This document shows, in pieces, positions 51,081 through 64,000 of a stretch of 64,000 nt of DNA. Under the pieces are notes generated by a model. That model was not told the origin of the DNA. It made no database searches and saw only the letters and a list, made by a program, of their open reading frames with translations. Every line of letters starts with the position of its first letter. Positions within the stretch are counted from its first letter, which is position 1. This DNA comes from Lama glama (taxonomy: Eukaryota), in NCBI GenBank assembly GCA_028534125.1, contig CM052832.1:6140001-6204000 (forward strand), given 5' to 3'. Made by a program: the position numbers and the translations under genes.

Positions 51081-52599
51081 AGTAGAAGGTATTAATGAGT
51101 TTTGTCAGGATAAACCCATACAACTTCCTAGGCACAGTGCTTAACCATATGAAAGACTTATTAAATTATTCCATTCAACAAATACCACAGAACACCTGCT
51201 ATAGGGATATAATGTAATGACAGGGGTTCTTAGTTAGGAATTTATTCTAGCCAGTTTAATCCGAAGAACTGAACAATTCATGTGTATTGGCTATCTCCCA
51301 GAATCTGCAGGGAGGGCCAGAGAATCTGATTTAGAGGCTACTGACCTGTGAACCACTCCCAGCCCAAGCGTGGGCTTCCACCAGGCAGAGCACACTGCCC
51401 CGCTACGGGCATGAACACAACAGAGTGTCCCGCATGTTGCTGGATGTCCGATGCCAGAACCTCCACCACTACGGTCCTCTAAAGGCTCGATGCCTTCACC
51501 ACCATCCCAGCCCCAAGATGCATTTCCCGTGGACCCTGCTTCTTCCTATGGTCGCTCCTCAGTCACTCTCTCACAGGCTAGTGTGGCTGGTAGAGCCTGG
51601 GAGACTCGCCAGGACTCTAGTTGCAAGGGGAAGTCACACGAGTGCTGCATCCTTTCTTAAAGACGCAGGACTCGTAAATGACGAGATCTGACCACATTTT
51701 AAAAGGTGGTTCAAAACTACTGGATAACCACCTGCATGATAAACATCGACCGACCACACAGGATAAGGAAAAGAGTATAAGGAAAAGGCTTTACCCCTTT
51801 GGAGTTTCATAGGTCAGTGGAGATACTGATACTCATCAGAATTGAATCAAGCATGAACAGAGGAGGAACTGTACACGGTTCTATGCGAGCTTACAATATT
51901 CAGGCCTCGAAGGGGGGTCAAAGGTTCCCTGAGGAAATGGTAACTAAGCTGAGATCTGAACACATTGTCCGATAGGGGTTTATCAGACTGAAGATGAGGA
52001 AAGAGAGCAAGAGACAGAGGGAAGGATCTGGGCAAAGACTCCCCTCTCAGGAAGGAGCTGGGAACCTCATGAGGGATTAAAAGAGAAGTCCCCCAGTCAG
52101 GTGAGTGGAAATCTTGCAGTAAGAACCCTGGAGAGGTTAGGCAGGGCTGCACATCTGAGAATCTCTCCTTGCTAGGACCCATCCCCTGTGGCTGTGATTC
52201 AGCTAGTGGACAGGGAAACAGGAGTGTGCAACATATAAACTCTCCCTGGGGGCTCTGGTGCACAGTCAGGATTTGGAAACATTGGTCTGGCCAGCATCCC
52301 CCTTCAAGTGACTTTTCCCAGGGTGTCAGGAAGGCAGTGAGAGAAAAAGGGTGATCGTTCTTTAAACACCTGCCATTCGCCAAGCACTGCGCCTACAGGC
52401 TTTACAGAAATGACCTCATAGGTGGGTGTGTTTACACCCACAAGGGAACTAATTCCCAGCAAGGTTAAGTAACTCGCTCAAGGTCATCCAGATAACGAGG
52501 ACTAGGAGCAAGCTTAGCGCTCATACCTCTGTGGTTCCAAACCCCATAGTCCTTCCATCAAGCTGTGGAGCCAACCCCGGGTTGGGGAAGCAAGGCACC

Positions 52600-52778
52600 A
52601 GGCTTCCCCAAGTGTGGCCCTCAAACCAGCCACATCAGTGAGTTTAACAGGAACCTGTTAGAAATGCAGATTCTCAGACCCCACACCAGACCCTCTGGGG
52701 GTGGCCCCAATGAGTGATGTGAGTCTTTCCCAGCCGTCCTGGTGAGCCTGAAACACACCAAAGTTTGAGAACCTGTGC
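52600..52778. mobile_element. MER5A-like hAT MITE
   Basis: aagtgtggccctcaaaccagccacatcag...ctgttagaaatgcagattctcagacccca...aaagtttgagaacc. Confidence 0.75.
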
Positions 52779-54089
52779 ACGGGGCCAAACATTCTTAAGC
52801 GTGTTTAATGAAGGACCTCTCAGCCCACATCTACTACCTCCCTTGCCTCTCTTCTCCTTCAAACGGAAACAGCAGTCGTAGAAGGGCTTTCTAGGAAGGA
52901 CCTGGAGCTGCTGTGGTGACTCTGCCATCAGCAGCATCACAGTAAGTTCACACCAGTCCACATGGAACAGGGATGTTCACAGATGCTCTTGCCCTGATCT
53001 GAAAATGGTCCCACAGAGCCTGCCCCAAGGGCCTGCTGGGAACAGCCTGTGCTTGTTTCCCCTCCCCTGGAGACCAGAGACCAGGAGGGCTATGAAGAGA
53101 GACTTCCTGTCCCTCTGTACTCAGCAGAATGTAAAAGAAAGGGGAGTGGATTTAGGGATCCAAAAAGGACTGTCACCATCCTTAATAAAGGAAATCCAGC
53201 AAGAAGGTCCCTAACTGGGCAGTTCCCCAAGGAAGCACGATCCATCACTTGCTTGTGCATTTTTAAACAATAGTAGCAGCTGAAACTTTCTTTAAAAGAT
53301 AGTCGTGGCCGTGGAAATCAGGAGAGTGACATGCGGTCTGTGGGGTGCCTGGAGGAAACAGGAGATGGGGATGCCCGTCAGCCCACCTGGCTCTGCTGAT
53401 GGATGGGTTTGGGGCTTTGCAGTTTACCCATGAGATGCTGCCTTCTTCACACCGGCTGGTGCAGCTTCCTCCTCTCTATCTGCTTCCCCAGCTTCAGCCA
53501 TCACCCTCACCTGCCAGGGCCCCAAACAAATTGCACGTTTCCCCAAAGTGTCCAGCTCAGGAGGAGTGACCCAGTTTCCCGTCCCCAAAGATGGCATCTG
53601 GGAATTGCAGTGTTAGGTCACACTGCCCTTTTGTCATTTGCATCACAAAGAACAGGTTTTTTTGTGATTTGTTTGTTTGTTTGTACCAGATGCCGGTTAC
53701 AGAGGAAGGACCTGGACTCTCAACAAGTATTTTCTTATAGCAAGGCTTGCATAGCAATGCGCCATTTGTGAGTTACAATGCAATGTTCACATGAAGAATG
53801 GAAGAGGGGACTAAGCTGATGCTAAACAGGAGTAGAATTCTTTTGTGGACTTAATCATCTGCCTGCTTCTGCGTACCCTTAAAAGCTAGTTCATCTACCT
53901 CTCACAGGAGGTGAAAATGAACAGCGAGGTTAAAGAATCTCATCAGCATGAATCCAACTCAACATTCTTCCATAAGTGGGGTCCAGAGGCACTGCTCCAA
54001 TTTCAGTGCTTCCCCCAGCCCACAACTTCATCAGAAGACCTGGTCTATCTCACAGTTAGCTTTTTTCTCCTTTCCCTCTTCCTACCACT

Positions 54090-54620
54090 TTTTTCTTTCT
54101 TTTTTTTTAATTGAAGTATAGTTGATTTACAATGTTGTGTTAGTTCTGGTGTACAACATAGTGATTCAGATATATGTGTGTGTGTGTATGTATATATGTA
54201 TATATTCTTTTCCATTATAGGTTATTATAAGCTATTGAATATAGTTCCCTGTGCTCTACAGTAGGACTTTGTTGTTTATCTGTTTTATATATAGTACTTT
54301 ATATCTGCTAATCACAAACTCCTAATTTATCTTCTTCCCCTACCCCCTACCCCCTTTCCCCTTTGGTAACCATAAGTTTGTTTTCTATGTGTCTGTTTCT
54401 GTTTTGTAAATAAGTTCATTTGTGTCCTTTTTTTTTTTGTAAATTCCACATATAAGTGATGTCATATGATAGTTGTCTTTCTCTGTCTGACTTACTTCAC
54501 TTACAATGATAATCTCCAGGTTCATCCACGTGGCTGCAAATGGCATTATTTCATTCTTTTTTTTGGCTGGGTAGTATTCCATTGTATATATGTCTATACC
54601 ACACCTTCTTTATCCAATCA
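54090..54620 (-). mobile_element. 5'-truncated L1 3' end
   Basis: Minus-strand peptide MEYYPAKKKNEIMPFAATWMNLE resembles the L1 ORF2 end. Flanks taccactttt and taccattttt form a TSD. Confidence 0.9.
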
Positions 54621-55418
54621 TCTTACCATTTTTATACAGCTAAAATGTAATTTAAATGAAAGCACTATAGATAACATTTCAGTATGTGCATCTCAAACTC
54701 AGCACGCAGCCTGTGAGAACCCATGGAAGAAAGGAGGTGCCTGTTGTTGCCAGGTACCCCATTTCCATCTTGCCTGCTGGTGGAGTGCTTCAGAGCATGA
54801 TTTTTCCTTTAGCCACTGTGGCTTGCTGCCAGCTACGTCCACCTCTTCATGTAAACCTGTTGCAGCCTCCCTGAGTCACTCAAGTCTTCTTGCCTCCAGG
54901 GAAACTCAAAACCTTCTTCCCTCCAAACTCTTCCTGAATGCATCTCCTTCTGGCTCTGCTTGCTGTCAGCCCTGGGGCAATTAACCTCATGACGGATGAG
55001 GACCTAGGCTGTCCTAAGCCCCACAGCGGAGCTGCAAACAAGCTTTGCCCTCCCTGGTGTCCCAGGTGGAGCTGGCAGCAGTTGCTAACTGCCTAATGTG
55101 AGGCCTGCATTCTAGCTCCAGCATCACCAGCCACAAGCCACTGAGACCTCCTTGCAGAAAATGAGGCCGCGGATCATGCGGCAGGCACACTAGGCTCCAC
55201 CTCTCCCACCTCCACCCGTTTGCCTTCTCTCTCTCAGCTCTAGGGAAATTTGGGGGGTTCATGCTCCTCAAAGTTCAACAACCTCACAGGGTCCTTTGGG
55301 GTTTAGGATCCTCTCCCTGGAATCTTCCCTACTAATGAGCACAAGGTGGTGACTACGAATGAGATCAGCCAGGAATGGCAGCAGAGAACATTGTAGTCTT
55401 TTCAGTCACTGCCTGTCA

Positions 55419-55475
55419 TGCAGATGTGGGTATGCGCTGCAGATGTGGGTATGCACTGCAGATGTGAGGATGGGC
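55419..55475. repeat. 19-bp tandem repeat x3
   Basis: tgcagatgtgggtatgcgc / tgcagatgtgggtatgcac / tgcagatgtgaggatgggc. Confidence 0.9.
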
Positions 55476-55818
55476 TGAATGTCTGTGCCCCTCAAAATTT
55501 ACATGCTGAAGCCCTAACCTCCACCGTGATGGTGTTTAGAGATGGAGCCTGTGGGAGGTAATTAGATTCCGATGAGGTTGAGAGTGGGGCTGCCATGATG
55601 GAATTTATGTTCTTGGAAGAAGAGGAAGAGAAACCAGAGTTTCTCCCTCTCTCTCTCTCTCTCTCTCTCCCCCTCCCTTCTTAAGTGAGGACAGAGTGAG
55701 AAGCCAGATCTGCCAGTACCTTGATCTTGGACCTTCCCAACCTCCAGAACTGCGAGAAATAAACATTTGTTTAAGCCACTCAGTCTACGGTATTTTGTTA
55801 CAGCAACTAAAGCAGACA
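55463..55818 (+). mobile_element. MaLR solo LTR (MLT1A-like)
   Basis: gggctgaatgtctgtgcccctcaaaattta...ccttgatcttggac...cctccagaactgcgagaaataaac...tttaagccactcagtctacggtattttgttacagca. Confidence 0.85.
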
Positions 55819-58186
55819 GGCAGATGTCACCCCATCGTGACCATTATTGATTCATTCTTCATAGAAAAGAATAAAAAGAGGCGTGGGAAATAAACAACTA
55901 ACATTTCCCAAGTTCCCAGTATGCGCTATGCTCTGTGTTAGATGATTTAAGTTTTTCCCTTAATTCTCACAACTCTACCATAGCATCTCTCTTGTTTCAG
56001 TTTTAGAGATAAGAAAATTGAGCCAGTAAGAGAACAAGTCATCAAAGTTATATAGGTAACATCTAGCAGAATTATCGTTTAAACCCACAACCCTTGATCT
56101 TAAAGTTTCTGCCACAGTAAAATGAAACTTGTGAACAAGATCAGCCTTCTCAGAGCACACACAACATCACAAAATGCAGCTAAACCAAGATTTTATCTTT
56201 TAAAGTCCAGGGTGTTTGCTTTTGCTTTGGAGTATTTAGAGAAATGTAGAGGATGGTGGCTTTTTTCCTTAAACCGGTTCATTTCATGTAGTCCCTTGTA
56301 AAAATGATTTCCTTAGCTGACAACCCTAGAGACTGAAGCACAGATTTGTCTCATTCATCTTAATGTATCCTACAGTAACACCACCAGCAAAATGCGACAG
56401 GAAAATCACATTCAGCCTTGGAAGGCCTTAAAATGTGGAGCAAAATGCAGGAAGCACAATTCTCACACTGTCAGGCATGGTTTGTTAGACAAACTTTTCC
56501 TGGGCTATAAATGAAAAGCCTGCAGCCAGAAAACACAGGGAATTCCGGAGTCCTCCCCCAAAATTCAGTGTTATCCCTATTTGCATAAATCAGGGATTTT
56601 TTTAAACAACTGCAACAGCCCAATGTCATGCATTGAATCAATTTCAACACTCTGGGAAGAAAACAGAGAAGGAGGCTTCCTTTCAACTTTTTTCTTTTTT
56701 CACTGAAGTGTGTTCTGCCAAGATCTCACAATTCTAGGAATATGGAAGACGGTTTTGCTATACAAACCAACAAACAAAAACACGAATGCTGACTCACTCC
56801 AAATCTAAAAAAGCAACAAAGAAATCTTTTACTCCTGGTGAAGAAATCCAAACAGAGAGACTGAAGGAGACTGAGACAGAAGTATGCCGCCTCTGGGATC
56901 ATACGGTGGGTTTTTCTCCCCTTCATCTGTGACATCTTTCTCTCTTGGTGTTCTTGTGTATGACAGATACTCAACACATTAAAGTAAAAACTGCTTTTCC
57001 ACCACACCTGGAAATTTAGGGGTATAAACTATACCCGCTAGGTGGGTTCGAGGTCAGCTGATTGGCAAATACACATCTTCTAAGTCCTTGGTACCATGCC
57101 AGGTGCTGCAGAAAATAGAGATGTTTAAAAACCGATCCTTAACGCTGAAAGAGTTTCTATATTTTTATGGGAAAAGATGATCACCAATGAGACAAGAATG
57201 AGCCAATTAAAATATTCAATGATTACACTTTCTAGCATTGACTGCAGGTGCTGTAAGGTTTCAGAGTGGAGGGGAATTGATTTAAAGGCTATGGGGAGGC
57301 CGAATCGGGCTCATTAAATTCCTTGGCCTCAACCTACTTCTTCCGTAAAGCCAGCTCGGAGCCTGGAAGCATCCCTGCCAGGCCAGCTGGCACATTCCTT
57401 TGGTGTTAACTGTAAAGACTCAGACATTCACTGCTCACTCGCTCCCAATTCAAATAAGCAGACATGTGTCAATAAACGACCAGGTGCAAAGTGCTTCCTG
57501 TCTTGTGAGGACACAGCCATCACTAAGACACCAGCATTCTTCAGCACTCACCTTCAGTCTTTGGGTGTGGGCTGCTGCAGAGGGCGTGTGCCCACCTCTC
57601 TTGAGCGAAGGTAAATATTGCAGAGGGCTGACCGCTGAGGGTATCTGCACACAGCACTCCCAGCAGGCAGAGGAACAGGCTCTTGACAGCTGACGCGGAA
57701 CATCAGCCATGCATCACAACACACACTCATCTTTCCTTCCTGCCTCCTGCGTCCACTACTTTTAAGTTCTGGAAGGATCTCCCCTAGAATTCCGGGGTGG
57801 GTTGTGAGTGGTGGGGAGATTGTTTTGAGGAGAGCTTAGAAGAGGATGGTTAGCCCAGAGCACTCTGGCTGGTTTCAGGATCACAACCGAGACTCATTAT
57901 TTCCTTCCTCTTCAGACATTATAGATTCTTCTGCCTCCTGGCCTCCACTTCTCAGGTCTTGGTGGCTTACTCCATGGCATCACCTATGTCCTCATCCTTG
58001 AGGAATCTTGGCCCCAGTCATCCTGCCCTTATCAGACTGGCTGCTGCCCTCTTTCATCAATAAACAAGGGAGTTTCTAGAGGCACCACCAGGAATTACCT
58101 CAAAAGCCATACTTTCTCCTGATAATCAGGGTCAATCTCCCCTGTTGGACTATGACATGAGCTCGCATACACAGCCGCCTTTTTTT

Positions 58187-58728
58187 TTCTTCTTTTTTCT
58201 TTTTTCTTTTTTTTGAACAATGTAGCATTTTTTATTGATTTGTAATCATTTTACAATGTTGTGTCAAATTCCAGTGTAGAGCACAATTTTTCAGTTATAC
58301 ATAAACATATATATATTCATTGTCACATTTTTTCCTCTGTGAGCTACCATAAGATCTTGTGTATGTTTCCCTGTGCTATGCAGTATAATCTTGTTTATCT
58401 ATTCTACAATTTTGAAATCCCAGTCTGTCCCTTCCCACCCTCCGCCCCCTTGGCAACCACAAGTTTGTATTCTATGTCTGTGAGTCTGTTTCTATTTTGT
58501 ATTCATGTTTTCTTTTTTTTTATATTCCACAAATGAGCGATCTCATATGATATTTTTCTTTCTCTTTCTGGCTTACTTCACTTAGAATGACATTCTCCAG
58601 GAGCATCCATGTTGCTGCAAATGGCGTTATGTTGTCGGTTTTTATGGCTGAGTAGTATTCCATTGTATAAATATACCACATCTTCTTTATCCAGTCAGCT
58701 ATTGATGGACATTTAGGCTGTCTCCATG
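58187..58728 (-). mobile_element. Young 5'-truncated L1 with TSD
   Basis: Minus-strand peptide WRQPKCPSIADWIKKMWYIYTMEYYSAIK resembles the L1 ORF2 end. Poly(T) tail, with flanks cagccgccttttttt (58172) and cagccacctatcttt (58729). Confidence 0.92.
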
Positions 58729-58954
58729 CAGCCACCTATCTTTGAATCAAGGTTTTTGCCTCATTCGTCAGCTGGTTGTCAGGGATCCTCCGTACGGTGA
58801 TAGGTGTGTGCTGAGAGAGATTCTGTTGCAACAGTGATCCTCATTATCTCCTATCTGGGCTACTTGCTCAGAAATCTTGCTTGTGCCTTCTGGCCCTGCT
58901 CATGCTCCAGCCTTTGCGTGCTACCTCCGTCTTGTGATGGATGGTTGTTGGACC

Positions 58955-59454
58955 NNNNNNNNNNNNNNNNNNNNNNNNNNNNNNNNNNNNNNNNNNNNNN
59001 NNNNNNNNNNNNNNNNNNNNNNNNNNNNNNNNNNNNNNNNNNNNNNNNNNNNNNNNNNNNNNNNNNNNNNNNNNNNNNNNNNNNNNNNNNNNNNNNNNNN
59101 NNNNNNNNNNNNNNNNNNNNNNNNNNNNNNNNNNNNNNNNNNNNNNNNNNNNNNNNNNNNNNNNNNNNNNNNNNNNNNNNNNNNNNNNNNNNNNNNNNNN
59201 NNNNNNNNNNNNNNNNNNNNNNNNNNNNNNNNNNNNNNNNNNNNNNNNNNNNNNNNNNNNNNNNNNNNNNNNNNNNNNNNNNNNNNNNNNNNNNNNNNNN
59301 NNNNNNNNNNNNNNNNNNNNNNNNNNNNNNNNNNNNNNNNNNNNNNNNNNNNNNNNNNNNNNNNNNNNNNNNNNNNNNNNNNNNNNNNNNNNNNNNNNNN
59401 NNNNNNNNNNNNNNNNNNNNNNNNNNNNNNNNNNNNNNNNNNNNNNNNNNNNNN
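58955..59454. other. Assembly gap (500 N)
   Basis: Run of exactly 500 N. Confidence 0.99.
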
Positions 59455-59899
59455 ACTTTCGGAAACTTTGCATTTTTATTCTGTTATTATTATTTGTTTC
59501 CAGTGTTCAGATGGCATCACTGAGACCACTGGTCCCAGGAGACAGTCCAGAGAGAGTGCTGTTCACTATATTTTAAGAAGTTCAGTCTTAATATATGATA
59601 CAGTTGAGGCATCGGACCCTGCTCTCGACAATGTCCTCATTCTGCTGCACGTGTGGAACTCTGTGTCTTTGTCCGGATCCTTCTGTCGGCGCTGTTGAGT
59701 TTGTCATCAGGGGTGAATCACGGACGGAACACACGCCTATGGAGAGTCACGCAATGATTTCCAACAGTTCTGCAAAAGTCGTTCCCCTTTATTGTTCAAC
59801 ATTGATTGTTCATGAGCTGTGCTGCAGGCACCGACCGGAAACTTTGGAATACCTAACAAACCGACGAAAACCTCAACCTACATTTAAGTTGGGGGAGAA

Positions 59900-60550
59900 A
59901 CAGTACCTATAGACCCTATACATTAAGAAAACTATACACTACGTTAGAGGTGACAACTGCTGTGAACAGAAGGTAAGGGAGGGAGGTAAGAGGGGGAGGG
60001 GGAGTGGGGCATAGCATGTCAACGTTCAGATAGGGTGTGCAGGGGGGACCACACTGAGAAGGTGACATTTGACCAAGGGGCTGAAGGAAGTGAGGGGCAG
60101 GGGCATTTTGAAACCTGAGCCAGGGCATCGGGAACAGAGGAGGCCAGCTGCAGAAAGGCCTCAGGTTGAGGGCTGTGTCTCTGGTGCCTTTGAGAAGCAC
60201 AAGCAGGGCCCAGGGATCAGGCTGGATCACACACTGTTCTGGAAAAAAGAGTAGGAGGCACGGGGTTCAGATATAGGAGTGGGGCCGGTGGGGAGCGGGT
60301 AAGCACTTTAGCTTTGACTTTGAAGAGACTGGGGATGTTTAGAGACTTTAGGCTGAGAAACAACGTGCATCTTTTGTTTTTGAAAATAAAAAATGCTAAA
60401 GAGAACAGGCAGACCCCTTAGGAGGCTACAACAGTGACCCAGGCCGGAGATGGTGCTGCTCAGACAGGGGTGGGGACCGTGGAGGGGGTGAGTGGTCAGA
60501 TTCTAGATGTTTTGTGAAAATACTGCTAATAGGACTTTCTCATGGGTTGG
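59900..60550 (-). mobile_element. L2 LINE relic
   Basis: Purine-rich L2 motifs: ctgagaaggtgacatttga, ttaggaggcta...caggccggagatggtg, gtggtcagattctagatgttttg. Confidence 0.7.
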
Positions 60551-62554
60551 AGTAAAAAAAACAGATCTCGATATGATACACATGTGTATGCTTTGTCCTG
60601 CTAAAGGGTGGGACGTGGCATCCATACTAAACTGTACATAACTGTTACCTGGAGGGGGACAGGTGGGAGGGAGAGATTCGGGGCTTTATACATGTGCTTT
60701 CATGTGCGTACCTTTCGGGGGGTTGGCCCGTTGTAAATCCTGCTGTTGCTTTCTGTGGTTTAAAAGCAAAAACCAAGAACTGATTTGTAAAAAGAGTACA
60801 ACCTGGTGCTCCTCTGACTGGCCCTCACCTGCCTCTAAATACTGCTGGGGCTCCCCGAGCGATCTGTCGCTGGCCCACGCCCCAGTCCTAAAAGCAGGGC
60901 TTTGGCCATCCATGTCGGTGTTTGTCACCACTGCCAAGGGCTTGGTGCGGCTGGGAATAATGCGCACCCTTCAGCTCCACTGATATTACACACAAATTTA
61001 AAACAAGAATATATCATCTCTGAGGACCTCTGCTGTGTCTGGCGGCACTGAGGGCTCGAGAGAGAGACACCTCGGGCAATCTGGGTGGCTTTGTGCCTGT
61101 GGCTGCAAGTTGCTTCTTCACATCTGGTGTCATTAATACAGAAAAAAAGAATGAAATGTGATGGTCTGTAAGCCAAGAGCCCGGGAGAGATGAGCTATGC
61201 AACCCCTTCCCTTTCTTGGCATTTCTTTCTCTTTTCTCGCTCTTTCTTTTTGGCTATCGCAGGTCTCACAAGGCAAGGATGACAGTCACCGGAGACAGCT
61301 GCAGCTTTGTCCTGGGCCTGCCCTCCACACGCATGCCTGCGCGGCTCACAGAAATGTCCTCATGGAGAAGGGAAGGAATGCTTTCTACAGTGCAAGGAGT
61401 TTTGTAGCTTTTATTTATCTCCTTTTGTGGTGGTGGTGGTGGTGGGGGAGGGTGCACTCCACATTCGGCCTAAAAATATCTCCAGTGTGCTTCAAAATAT
61501 TTGTCACCCACACAGAATCCTGCATATCCTCGCCACAGAGCCTGGGAAAGAACAGAGAGGTGCGCTGAGAAGGACTTCCTCTCACCGGTCTCCCAGCAGC
61601 AATTCTAGAGCGCGAAGGTCTTTGTCTTCTAAGGCCAAGATCTTGGCTTTCTGGGTGTTTGCCTCTGATTTTGCTGTGTGCTCTGCTGACTCTGCGCAAC
61701 GCGAACTTGAATGAAACACTCAGCATCACTTCCCCATGAATCCAAGATGCTTCCGGGCATGGGTGGGAGGGCACATCAGACCCAGGGACAGCTCTGACCC
61801 TCCATCAGATTGGCCAAAGGGTCCCAGGTACCACTCTGTGGACAACGCTGTTCAGCCTCTCCGCAGGGGGGTTTCCCATCCAGGTCCCGTCTGGCCCCCA
61901 GGTGCATGCTTCTCCTGATTCTTCTCTCGGGGAGCAGAAGCTCAGTTTGTGGAGTTAAAACACTTCCTTCTATGAGTGTAAATGACTCCTATTTATACTT
62001 GAGTGCCTTTCCCAATACGGCCCCATTACTGGGTCTGAGGCCAGCGTTTCAGAAGTCCTCAGCTGCGCATCTTCAGGCTTGAGGGCACAGAGGCTGGTGT
62101 CACCTGCCCTGGCTTGTCTGTGAGACTCACAGCGGTGCACTGTTTTCGCTTTTCTCTTTTGTCCTTTGAACATGTACGGATGCAACTGTTGCCTAATCCC
62201 TGAAAGCAATGTTTCCCTGACTTCTCATGTGTGTGATGAGACTTCCCTCAGCTCTTTAGATGTTACTTCTGTTTTTGTTTTTCTCATTAATTGTAAACAT
62301 TAAGAGAAGCCAAAGGGCTAGTTCCTTCTCATATCCATTCGAACAGAGGATGTGTTTCTCCTGTACTCAAATCAAATCAAACTCTGTTCCTAAAGGGTAA
62401 GCTGGTTTGAGAACTGCTGATAACCATACAGTTATGCTCTTGGGCGTGACTGATTTTGACTCCAATGGTCACTCATTAAATTGTTTGTTGGTGACTCAAC
62501 TATTAGATCATACATCCCTCTGGCTCCCCCAATTTACTGCTTTTGGCCTTAACT

Positions 62555-62722
62555 CTACAGCTGATCTGTGTGACTCTGATAAGTTATTGAACTTCTTAGT
62601 CCTAGAGTGTAAAGTGAGGATGATAATGGTACCTACCCTTAGGGCCATTGTAGGATTGAGCAGGGCACCCATGTAAAGTACACAACGTATAGTCAGCACC
62701 CACAAGGGTTAGCGCTCATCAC
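62555..62722 (+). mobile_element. MIR relic (one of several in the window)
   Basis: ctgtgtgactctgataagttattgaac...tgtaaagtgaggatgataatggtacctacc...ttgtaggatt. Confidence 0.65.
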
Positions 62723-63044
62723 TCATCGCCCACTTTCCCTCTTGCATCGAGCACGTGGAGGCATTTCTGCCTCAAAGGGCGGAGACTAGCTCAGTAATAT
62801 GCCTCTTTTTCTCTTGCTCGTGGCTTTGACTGCTTCAGGCTACATCCTCCCCAATCACCAGATCTGCTTCTTTGGAAACAGTCCTGCCCTCAGCCACTTA
62901 AGCACTAGGGACCTTAAACAGCTTTTCTGTTTTCTTCTCAGTTCTGTTCTTCTCCCCCTGCTTTCCCACATCTTCCTTCTTCCTTTTCACTCCCCCAGTC
63001 CCTTTCCCTTTTCAACGTGACCCTGCTTCTTCCTCTGTCTTTCT

Positions 63045-63500
63045 CTTAGTTAGGGTACGTGATAAGCTGATGTAACAAAAAGGCCCCCAGGTTGATGTGG
63101 CTTAAAAGAAGGGTAAAGAGTTTGTTTTACCCTTTGAACTGGTCCAGAAGCAGTGGTGTAAGGGGTCTGCTCTCGACTAGGCCACTGGAAGGTCCAGATT
63201 CCCTCCTCCATGTGGTTCTCCCATCTCCTGCGATACAGGGCTCACCTGCATGGTTGAAACCAGCTCACTCTGCATTTACATCTTCCAGCCTGAGGAAGTG
63301 GGGGCAGAGGACATGGAGGGCAAACAGATCCCTCTTTAGAAAAATGTATTCTGGAAGTTGGCACATTGGCCAACACTTAGCCACGTGGCCATGCTGAGGT
63401 ACGAGAGAACCTGGGGGACTACGTGCTCTGCAAAAACCCAGAGGAGCTCTGAGTCCTACTCCTAAAAGGAAGAAGGGGGAAATGGGAGACAATTCTTCTT
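63045..63500. mobile_element. Old MaLR LTR (MLT1J-like)
   Basis: ttagttaggg...gctgatgtaacaaa...gtggcttaaaa...cattggccaacacttagccacgtggcca. Confidence 0.55.
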
Positions 63501-64000
63501 TTTGCCAAAACTTTAGGTCTGTTAGTGAAACCCACAGGGCATGGAATTTAAGGCTATAGTAGCATGATTCCCAAACTTTGCAGCAACTGAACATGTTCTC
63601 TCTTCCTCCTGCCTGAAATGCTCCCATCACGAAGCTCCTCATCTTTGTCTGGTCACCCTCGTGTGAGGTTTCTGTGCCTAGATCTGAAGCACTCCTGCCA
63701 CACTCAGGCCTGGTGAATCCAAGAAGGGAGGAGAAGAGGCAGTGGCCTGCAGTGTTCCCCACCCAGCCCTCGCCCTTCCTTCTGTGCCTGTTTCTGGCTT
63801 TCTCATTGCTTTTTTCTGGGCAGGTGGCCTCTGACACCCTGGCAGTGAGAGGAGTTTCCCATAAGCCCACTGGTCTGGGCAGGTCACAGCAGGGCTGGGA
63901 TAGCATCAGTCTTAACAAGGCAACTCTCCTGACTGCAAACAAGCGTACTTCTAGGGACAGCAGAGGGGAAGAGGGTGTGGGTTAGGCCGGAGAGTGTTTC

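Noticed and set aside
30777..58735. Short ORFs resembling the L1 ORF2 C-terminus (30777, 54385, 58520) and antisense L1 ORFs (32530, 54466)
   Set aside because: Fragments of truncated L1 copies, not host genes.
63265..63942. 225-aa minus-strand ORF
   Set aside because: Non-ATG start, overlaps a MaLR relic, and has no recognisable homology.
26320..64000. A second protein-coding gene or novel gene system downstream of TNFRSF21
   Set aside because: I found no credible exons, CpG-island promoter or processed pseudogene. Small or non-coding exons cannot be excluded without alignment or RNA data.

Overview
Mammalian genomic DNA, most likely from a camelid, judged from the tRNA-derived vic-1-like SINEs. 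The + strand carries the 3' half of TNFRSF21 (death receptor 6): coding exons at 4387-4652, 22944-23172 and 24892-25121, then a ~1.2 kb 3'UTR with AATAAA at 26299. The remaining ~38 kb is intergenic, made of SINEs, L1 3' fragments, MaLR LTRs, MER5, L2/L3 relics and two 500-N gaps. I see no new gene system. The most notable structure is a pair of same-family solo ERV LTRs in inverted orientation 1.3 kb apart. One sits inside a SINE, and the two share a 293-bp core with 4 mismatches between much more diverged flanks, which suggests gene conversion. Other notable features are extreme GC3/CpG enrichment of exons 4-5, exon 5 bracketed by two L1 fragments, and a diverged ~140-bp AATAAA-bearing duplication just downstream of the gene. 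Repeat family names come from my recognition of consensus sequences, not from a database search, and boundaries of old repeats are approximate.
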